A stretch of 64,000 nt of DNA from Bacteroidales bacterium (GTDB taxonomy: Bacteria; Bacteroidota; Bacteroidia; Bacteroidales; GCA-2711565). Location: positions 6,902 through 70,901 of the forward strand of contig JANQLW010000013.1 in NCBI GenBank assembly GCA_028280405.1, written 5' to 3'. The notes below the pieces were generated by a model. It did no database searches. It was given only the letters and a program-made list of their open reading frames with translations, and was not told the DNA's origin. Shown here piece by piece: positions 57,657-64,000 of this stretch; the first letter of the stretch is position 1, and the number at the start of each line of letters is the position of its first letter. A program made the position numbers and the translations under genes.

Positions 57657-58190
57657 TTACTGTTCACAAAGTTTTTTCAAAGCTGCTAATCCATCTATAA
57701 AGGCTTTTTCTCCTTTTTTATTAGGTATCAATTTCATTAAATTCGTAGGGTAAGGCATGACAGCACTGAAGCCCCAAACCACTTCAGTTCCACTTCCATT
57801 TTTAGTAAGCTTAATATAACCTTCAGCTTCGCTTTCCCAAGGCTTTGTAAATTGCAATTTTGTATGGAAAAGTTTAGGAGCTTCTATTTTGTAAATGGTT
57901 TGTGTACCGGCACCTACATCAGGATGTTCACTATCCCAGGTATGTGAAGCCCCAATCTTGCCATCTTCTCCATTATAAGAACTTTTCATATCAGGATCCA
58001 TTTTGGCCCAGGGGTTCCATTTTTCCAATGCTTTTAAACTATTAGTATGTAACCACACACTATCAACAGGTTCATTGATTTGAACGGTGGCCTCAAATTT
58101 AAAATCTTTTGAAATCAAAAGGGCCGTAATTAAAGGCGTTCCTACTAATATTAATAATACCCACCCGGTTATTTTAAGTACTTTCTTCAT
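57657..58190 (-). CDS. SRPBCC (polyketide cyclase-like) family protein
   Basis: N-terminal TM; WNPW..MDP.M...G.DG.IGA..TW...VG.G.Q; GL..LK..CE. Confidence 0.85.
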   Translation of the reverse strand: MKKVLKITGWVLLILVGTPLITALLISKDFKFEATVQINEPVDSVWLHTNSLKALEKWNPWAKMDPDMKSSYNGEDGKIGASHTWDSEHPDVGAGTQTIYKIEAPKLFHTKLQFTKPWESEAEGYIKLTKNGSGTEVVWGFSAVMPYPTNLMKLIPNKKGEKAFIDGLAALKKLCEQ

Positions 58191-58432
58191 TTTACCGAAT
58201 TATTGATGAAACATAAAAATACCTTAAAAAAAAGCTAGTGTCAAGTAAATCAATAAAAGATGGAATCAGGGTAAAGTACTCAAAAAAATGAACGAATTGA
58301 AACAAAAGAGATGCTTAGATTAAGCATTTTTTATAGGGTAAAGAGTTTTAGCTCTTGCCAAAATATAATATAGGATATTTGGCATATTTTAAAATTCCTC
58401 AAAAGATTATCTTTGTATTACAATTTCAAGTT

Positions 58433-59536
58433 ATGCCTGAGAATAAAAAAAATAAAGATAGCGCCCTGCATGTTCAGGGAGGCATTGAACAACCCTCCTC
58501 TATTAATGAATCCTTTGTCAGGAATTTAAAGAAAAAGAAAGTCAGATCGTTAAGCATTGATGAATATTTACAGGGAATTCTTAATGGGAACCGGATGATC
58601 TTAAGTAAAGCCATTACTCTGATTGAAAGCTCCAAACCCGAACATCAGCAATTAGCTCAAGACATCATTGAAAAATGTTTACTTCATGCAGGGAGGTCAT
58701 TCCGTTTAGGAATTACCGGAGTACCCGGAGTTGGCAAAAGTACTTTTATTGAATCTCTTGGAATGCATCTGATCAAAAAGAAAAATAAACAAATTGCAGT
58801 ACTTGCCATTGATCCAAGTAGCCAACGCTCAAAAGGGAGTATTCTTGGAGACAAAACCCGTATGGAAGATCTCGCTAATAATCCTAATGCCTTCATTCGT
58901 CCTTCTGCTTCTGCCGGGTCATTAGGAGGTGTTGCCCGAAAAACCAAAGAAAGTATTATTCTATGTGAAGCAGCCGGTTTTGATACTATTATAGTAGAAA
59001 CAGTGGGTGTTGGTCAATCTGAAACAGCGGTAGCCAGCATGGTGGATTTTTTCCTCTTATTAATGTTAGCCGGAGCCGGAGATGAATTGCAAGGCATTAA
59101 ACGTGGGATTATGGAAATGGCAGATGCCATTTTAATTAATAAAGCGGAAGGAGATAATATACAAAAAGCACAGATGGCAAAAGTACAATACGAAAATGCT
59201 TTACACCTGTTCCCTCCCACTGCTTCAGGATGGACTCCTCTGGTTGAAACCTGTTCTGCATTACATCATCAACGCATTGATATTGTTTGGAAGATGATTG
59301 AAAACTATCATCAACTCGTAAAAACAAATGGCTATTTTGATACCAACCGTCAAAATCAAAGTGTACAGATCATGCAGGAAACCATTAACCAGAAATTAAT
59401 GGATCATTGTAACCTGAATAAAGAAATTCAAGCATATCAGGAAAAATTAAAGAAGGATATATTAAAAAATAAGATTAGCTCATATATTGCAGCGCAAAAG
59501 CTACTGGATAAGTACTTTGAACTATTGGAGAAATAA
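58433..59536 (+). CDS. meaB: Methylmalonyl-CoA mutase-associated GTPase MeaB
   Basis: GITGVPGVGKST, AIDPSS..GSILGDKTRM, ETVGVGQSE, GDELQGIKRG, NKAE. Start moved to ATG 58433 after TATCTTTG. Confidence 0.95.
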   Translation: MPENKKNKDSALHVQGGIEQPSSINESFVRNLKKKKVRSLSIDEYLQGILNGNRMILSKAITLIESSKPEHQQLAQDIIEKCLLHAGRSFRLGITGVPGVGKSTFIESLGMHLIKKKNKQIAVLAIDPSSQRSKGSILGDKTRMEDLANNPNAFIRPSASAGSLGGVARKTKESIILCEAAGFDTIIVETVGVGQSETAVASMVDFFLLLMLAGAGDELQGIKRGIMEMADAILINKAEGDNIQKAQMAKVQYENALHLFPPTASGWTPLVETCSALHHQRIDIVWKMIENYHQLVKTNGYFDTNRQNQSVQIMQETINQKLMDHCNLNKEIQAYQEKLKKDILKNKISSYIAAQKLLDKYFELLEK

Positions 59537-59622
59537 TTTGAAAATGAGGTAATTTGAAAATTTGAAAATGTAGTTTCATAGTAAACAATTTTCAAATTAG
59601 CATACTTTCAAATTTTCAAATT
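59534..59622. repeat. ATTTGAAA octamer repeats in inverted arrangement
   Basis: Three AATTTGAAAA units followed by three TTTCAAATT units between convergent genes. Confidence 0.7.
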
Positions 59623-60084
59623 CTAATAACCGTAAGCTCTACCTTCAAACCGTTCAACCTTCACCTTCCAACAATTCACATCATTCACTGCAGGATCGTT
59701 GTATTTGAATTCGCGGTTGGTATAGTTTTTCATAATGGCATTTAAAGCTTCTATCTTTTTATCAAAGTCGGTAATAAATTCTACTTTGCCATAAGCCAGC
59801 ACGGAACGGTATTTCCAGCTATAGCTACAGGCAACATTTTCATTCTGATAACGCATTTCATAACCATTACTGAAGGCCACACAAACATTGCTGTTATTCT
59901 TTAGAATATCAATCTTCTTTCCCTGTTGTGCCGAATGCATATAGATTTCATCATCTGCATAACCAAAATTAAAAGGTAAAACATAAGGCATATTATTTTC
60001 ATCTACCATCGCAATATGGCAGACTTCACATTCGTTGATGATCTTCTCAATTTGCGGTTTATGGTCCAATACTCTGCTTTTCAT
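59623..60084 (-). CDS. Pyridoxamine 5'-phosphate oxidase family (NimA-like FMN-binding) protein
   Basis: PYVLPFNFGY, IYMHSA..GKK.DIL..N.NVC, YRSVLAYG. Confidence 0.88.
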   Translation of the reverse strand: MKSRVLDHKPQIEKIINECEVCHIAMVDENNMPYVLPFNFGYADDEIYMHSAQQGKKIDILKNNSNVCVAFSNGYEMRYQNENVACSYSWKYRSVLAYGKVEFITDFDKKIEALNAIMKNYTNREFKYNDPAVNDVNCWKVKVERFEGRAYGY

Positions 60085-60095
60085 AAAATTCGGTT

Positions 60096-60446
60096 TTAAA
60101 AGAATGAAGCGATTTCATTCGAATCAAAAATATAAGTCACGATCGACAAAATTAAACTAAAAACCAATGCCCAGCCAAAACTATCGATCTTAAATCCACT
60201 TACTATTTTACTGGTGAGCCAAACTATGAAGGCATTAATGATAAATACAAACAGACCAAAGGTTAAGATGGTTGCTGGTAAAGATAAGATCAGCATTAAA
60301 GGCCTTAAAAATATGTTTAAAAGAGAAAGTACCAATGCAACTAATATGGCACTTCCAAAGCCACGTATATGAACTCCCGGACTGACCCATGCCGTTATAA
60401 TAACTACTACACTTGAAATTAAAAGTTTGAACAAAAATGCTTCCAT
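60096..60446 (-). CDS. YvlD / 4-TM phage-holin-family membrane protein
   Basis: PGVHI.GF..A...LN.FLRP...LP.TILTFGLF..IINA; start taken at MEAFLF (60446). Confidence 0.85.
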   Translation of the reverse strand: MEAFLFKLLISSVVVIITAWVSPGVHIRGFGSAILVALVLSLLNIFLRPLMLILSLPATILTFGLFVFIINAFIVWLTSKIVSGFKIDSFGWALVFSLILSIVTYIFDSNEIASFF

Positions 60447-60550
60447 TGTGTGATGATTTAGATTAATCTTTTCTTGGATCACTAAGTTAGTAAAATTTAA
60501 TTGTCGTTTTTCATAGAAATTGCTTTTGGCTTTTGGCTTCAAGCTACAGG

Positions 60551-63406
60551 CTAGTAAACAGCAGTAAAGTCTACGCTAATCGTAAATTCAAAACCCGTTT
60601 TTTTCGTATCGGGATAATAAATTCCTCTGAACCGCATATCTACAGGAGCTACAAAGCTTAAGAAATGCGCTCGGACATTTAACTCCAATCCGGTAGCATA
60701 ATAATTTTCATTAATTGCCGGATGATTTTCTGTAGCTGCAAGTTTCCCATTTGCATAGTCAAAAAACATTCCCAGGTTTATGCGCTTTAAATACATAAAA
60801 GAATTCAGGTCCCAATCAGGATAGGCCAATGGAAACTTATAGGTACCTCTGAAACTATATAAGTTTTCATAAGCAGGAGCTACCAATCCTCTTACAAAGT
60901 CCACCTCATTCCCGAAATTATAAGCTCCGAACTGTCTCTTTTGATATCCTCCATATAATTTAATCCCATGATGATTGAATAAACCGGGTACATATATGAC
61001 GCTTTCATAAGAAGTCAGGTTACCCTTTTCCAATTTAGTATATGGAGTATGATAATAATTGAAAACAAAAATTCCTCCCCACTCCGGATAAACATCTTTT
61101 AAAGATTTCCGCTTATAAGTATAGGCTGTAAAATCATAGTTAAAGATCTGCACATTGCTTTCTGTAAATTTGATGGGATATCCATCATCAACTTTCTGAT
61201 TTGAATTGATAAACTTCATTCCCGGTTTAATTCCACTCATGATATTTCCCCTGGAAAGATTTAAAGGCAGGGAAATCCCTGCTTCAGTATTAAATTCATG
61301 ATAAGTAAAGGGGTTCAAATTATTCAAAGTATCTCTGTACTGACCTCTTTTTTTTATATATTCCAACTCAGTATTCAAAACAGGATACCATCCTCTATAT
61401 TCAAAGTCCAGAAAATACCTTCCGGCTTTATCATTTAGATCATATTCATAACCTAAGGTTGTAAAAGCAGAACTCAATTTATTCTGAGCCATTAAAGTAA
61501 AACCCGGTTTCACCTCATAATCATCCGCATTCACAGAAACTGGACCCCAGGAATGGACATTAAATAAATTTGAAAACTTGGAGTACTTTGTCACTTCATA
61601 ATTTTTAAGTGGTTTTTTATCAAAACTTAAAATATGATTTTCCTGTTTTTTGATAATATCAGCGTAATGATACTTTTTTTGTTTCAGCTCAGATAACCGC
61701 CTCAGGGAGTTTTTATCAGGAATAGTTTGGGTGGCAATCTCATAGCCGTCAGCAGTATAATTTGAGATATATAGTTCCTGATCTTTAATTGCATAATCAC
61801 CAATACCATATTTTACACTTGTTAATAGCCTTACTTCTCCTGTCTTTCTGTTCATCAGATAAACATTATCAATGCCAGTATACGCCCCTATAAAATAAAC
61901 GTAATTCTTACTGGCAGAAGCTTTAGAAATATCAATATAGCCGGATCTATAAAAAATATCCGTTTCTTTGCTATTCAAATTTAAAACTCTGATATCTTTA
62001 CCTTGTTCTGAAACGGTTGTAAAAATAATTTCGTTTTCATCTTCAGACCAGGCAGGATGTAATACTGCAGAAGCATTCTGAATCTTGAATCTTTCGATGA
62101 CATTGGCAGTTTTTACATCTATTATTGTTAAGAAAAACTGATTATAAAGATTAACCTCAACCGCAAGAACTCGATTTCCATTCCTGTTGATTTTGGGAGC
62201 GAAATACCTGCTTTTCTTTGTTAAAGATCTTTTTTGTTTTGTTTTAAGATTATATAATTTAATTTCAGAAAAATTTCTATTGGACCATCTTGCATCAGGA
62301 ATAATTTCTGCCCAACATACAATATCATTACCTACGGATAAAGACTGGCTCAAACTCGGCCCGATATTCAATAACTTTTTTTCAATTCCATTTTTATCCA
62401 TTAACACCAGTTCCTTGGTTTGGTCTATGCCTGACTTTTGAAGTATAATACCTTCATTATAAACACAAGGCAGTCGATAATTAGTATAGTACTTATTATC
62501 AGAAGAAATCTTTTGAAAAGGAACTAAAGAAACATCCTTCAATTCACGAGCCCACTTTTCTTTTAAATGATTCAGGGATTCCAAATAAAATTCTCTTTTG
62601 GATATTCCTGCAGCTTTTTTCATCCCTGAAGAAAAGGGTTTGATGGCAATCGGATTTCTAGCTACATTAGCCATAGCCTGATCCCAAAAATCAATACCAT
62701 ATTTTTCTCTTCCATAACTTACCAGATAATAACCTAAGTGGTATTCATTAGGGATAAAATCTTTGAACGACCCGTGAACTGCTTTTTCATAAGAATAGAT
62801 CCCTTTTTCCAGAAGTTGTGCCCTAAGGAGCATTTCAAAAGAAGGAAGCCTGCCCCTACCCGAGTTACTCAATGCTGTTTCCGCAACAACGGCATCCCCT
62901 TCTATAAACCAATTTGGGAGAAAGGTTCCAAATAAACCTCCGGTTAGCTGTTCTCCAAAAATTCCGGCTAAGGCCTTGGCAAAACCTTCATGTAGCCTTT
63001 CAATCTGCACTACATGCCGATATTCATGAACAGCCAATTGTTTAAACCAGTTTTCAGCATAAGTATTCTGGGGAGAAACCGTATACACATCTATTCTTCG
63101 GGGTGCCCAGGCAGTAACTCCGTTTGGAATGATGTTCTGGCTATGTAAAATAATACTAATACTACGAGGATTGGCCTTTAGGCTTTTTGTAGCGTATTGA
63201 TATACTTCATCCATCGTATTTGCAAAATACTGTGCTTGCTTTTCAAAGCCTTTATGAAAAATAATTTGAAACTTTTCAGTCTTGATCTGCATCCACTTCA
63301 CAGAAGCCGGATCCTGTCCGGAACTATATAATTGAGTATAACCATTAAAGCAGGATAATAGAAAAATCAACAAGAAAAAGCGCAGCAATAAAAATCTCAA
63401 AGTCAT
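60551..63406 (-). CDS. Outer-membrane protein: HEXXH metallopeptidase-like + TolB-like propeller + C-terminal beta-barrel
   Basis: Signal peptide; AVHEYRHVVQ...WFIEGDAV; propeller-type repeats (P.WS.D, DNVY); amphipathic C-terminal strands ending in Tyr. Confidence 0.75.
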   Translation of the reverse strand: MTLRFLLLRFFLLIFLLSCFNGYTQLYSSGQDPASVKWMQIKTEKFQIIFHKGFEKQAQYFANTMDEVYQYATKSLKANPRSISIILHSQNIIPNGVTAWAPRRIDVYTVSPQNTYAENWFKQLAVHEYRHVVQIERLHEGFAKALAGIFGEQLTGGLFGTFLPNWFIEGDAVVAETALSNSGRGRLPSFEMLLRAQLLEKGIYSYEKAVHGSFKDFIPNEYHLGYYLVSYGREKYGIDFWDQAMANVARNPIAIKPFSSGMKKAAGISKREFYLESLNHLKEKWARELKDVSLVPFQKISSDNKYYTNYRLPCVYNEGIILQKSGIDQTKELVLMDKNGIEKKLLNIGPSLSQSLSVGNDIVCWAEIIPDARWSNRNFSEIKLYNLKTKQKRSLTKKSRYFAPKINRNGNRVLAVEVNLYNQFFLTIIDVKTANVIERFKIQNASAVLHPAWSEDENEIIFTTVSEQGKDIRVLNLNSKETDIFYRSGYIDISKASASKNYVYFIGAYTGIDNVYLMNRKTGEVRLLTSVKYGIGDYAIKDQELYISNYTADGYEIATQTIPDKNSLRRLSELKQKKYHYADIIKKQENHILSFDKKPLKNYEVTKYSKFSNLFNVHSWGPVSVNADDYEVKPGFTLMAQNKLSSAFTTLGYEYDLNDKAGRYFLDFEYRGWYPVLNTELEYIKKRGQYRDTLNNLNPFTYHEFNTEAGISLPLNLSRGNIMSGIKPGMKFINSNQKVDDGYPIKFTESNVQIFNYDFTAYTYKRKSLKDVYPEWGGIFVFNYYHTPYTKLEKGNLTSYESVIYVPGLFNHHGIKLYGGYQKRQFGAYNFGNEVDFVRGLVAPAYENLYSFRGTYKFPLAYPDWDLNSFMYLKRINLGMFFDYANGKLAATENHPAINENYYATGLELNVRAHFLSFVAPVDMRFRGIYYPDTKKTGFEFTISVDFTAVY

Positions 63407-63497
63407 TTTCCAAAGATAAAATCTTTTTATTAATGATTAAAAACGGTCAAGCTTATTTAGGGATCGCCATTATCATAGAATAGAGAATTTCATCCTC

Positions 63498-64000
63498 CTA
63501 ACCTTGGTTTTCCAAAAAATAATTCCAAAGTGATTCCTTCGGAGGTCTGGCTTTAATTGTCACTTCCTCTTTAGTAACCGGATGGGTAAAAACAAGTTTT
63601 CTGGCATGAAGGCTAATGGATCCATCTTTGTTGGAACGGGCAGCACCATATTTTAAATCGCCTTTTATGACTGATCCGATTTTAGCTAATTGCGCTCGAA
63701 TTTGATGATGACGGCCGGTATGCAATTCAACTTCCAGTAAATGAAAATCCCTGCTTTGATCAATTAGTTGATAAGACAATTCAGCTTTTTTAGCTTCTTT
63801 TTTATTATGATCAAAGGCAGTAGATTTATTATTCTTAGGATTTTTAATAAGGTAATGCACCAGTTTAGCAGATATTTCTTCCGGACGGGACTTCACAATT
63901 GCCCAATATATTTTTCGAATTTCACGATTCTTCACTTGTTCGTTCATTCGTGTCAAGGCTTTGGAAGTTTTTGCAAAAATTACAGCACCACTTACCGGGC
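63498..64000 (-). CDS. RluA family pseudouridine synthase; 5' end outside the window
   Basis: Frame stays open to the window edge (PVSGAVIFAKTSK); KIYWAIV, LHTGRHHQIRAQL, GDLKYG, LHARKL. Confidence 0.92.
   Translation of the reverse strand, partial: PVSGAVIFAKTSKALTRMNEQVKNREIRKIYWAIVKSRPEEISAKLVHYLIKNPKNNKSTAFDHNKKEAKKAELSYQLIDQSRDFHLLEVELHTGRHHQIRAQLAKIGSVIKGDLKYGAARSNKDGSISLHARKLVFTHPVTKEEVTIKARPPKESLWNYFLENQG

Noticed and set aside
60096-60542. Prophage lysis module
   Set aside because: YvlD-type 'holin' genes are common chromosomal genes; no endolysin, capsid or integrase nearby.
2867-62935. Remaining 60-100-aa ORF-track entries overlapping larger genes
   Set aside because: Antisense or out-of-frame within confidently assigned CDSs, with no independent signals.
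1-64000. CRISPR array, tRNA, rRNA, intact transposase or integrase
   Set aside because: No regularly spaced direct repeats, cloverleaf/T-loop signatures, or DDE/tyrosine recombinase ORFs recognised by eye.

Overview
AT-rich chromosomal segment of a Bacteroidota bacterium, probably an anaerobic Bacteroidales/Marinilabiliales-like organism. Evidence for the phylum: TAnnTTTG -7 promoters, TonB-dependent receptors, gldF/gldG, a T9SS cargo protein and a 6S-Flavo-like RNA. Most of the window is housekeeping and metabolism: purL, purC, trxB, cinA, rpmB, sodA, pruA, rocD, phoH, dnaK, yicC-gmk-nadD and meaB. I found no rRNA, tRNA, CRISPR array, prophage or intact transposase. Main points of interest: (1) a candidate leader-peptide attenuator in front of a TonB-dependent receptor/SDR operon, made of a promoter, a near-leaderless 128-codon ORF with an FSKWSRKNYAIFASLGKQVKIGVL motif, and an intrinsic terminator inside that ORF's last codons; (2) a three-gene NuoE/NuoF/GltD-NuoG-fusion cluster with the architecture of the electron-bifurcating StnABC/NfnABC transhydrogenase; (3) sigma-54-like promoters with upstream palindromes at dnaK and at a modular LruC-domain lipoprotein; (4) a C69 peptidase with an apparent in-frame internal deletion and a truncated DUF2148-like remnant; (5) several families of REP/MITE-like intergenic palindromes. 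All family assignments come from motif recognition by eye; no database searches were run.
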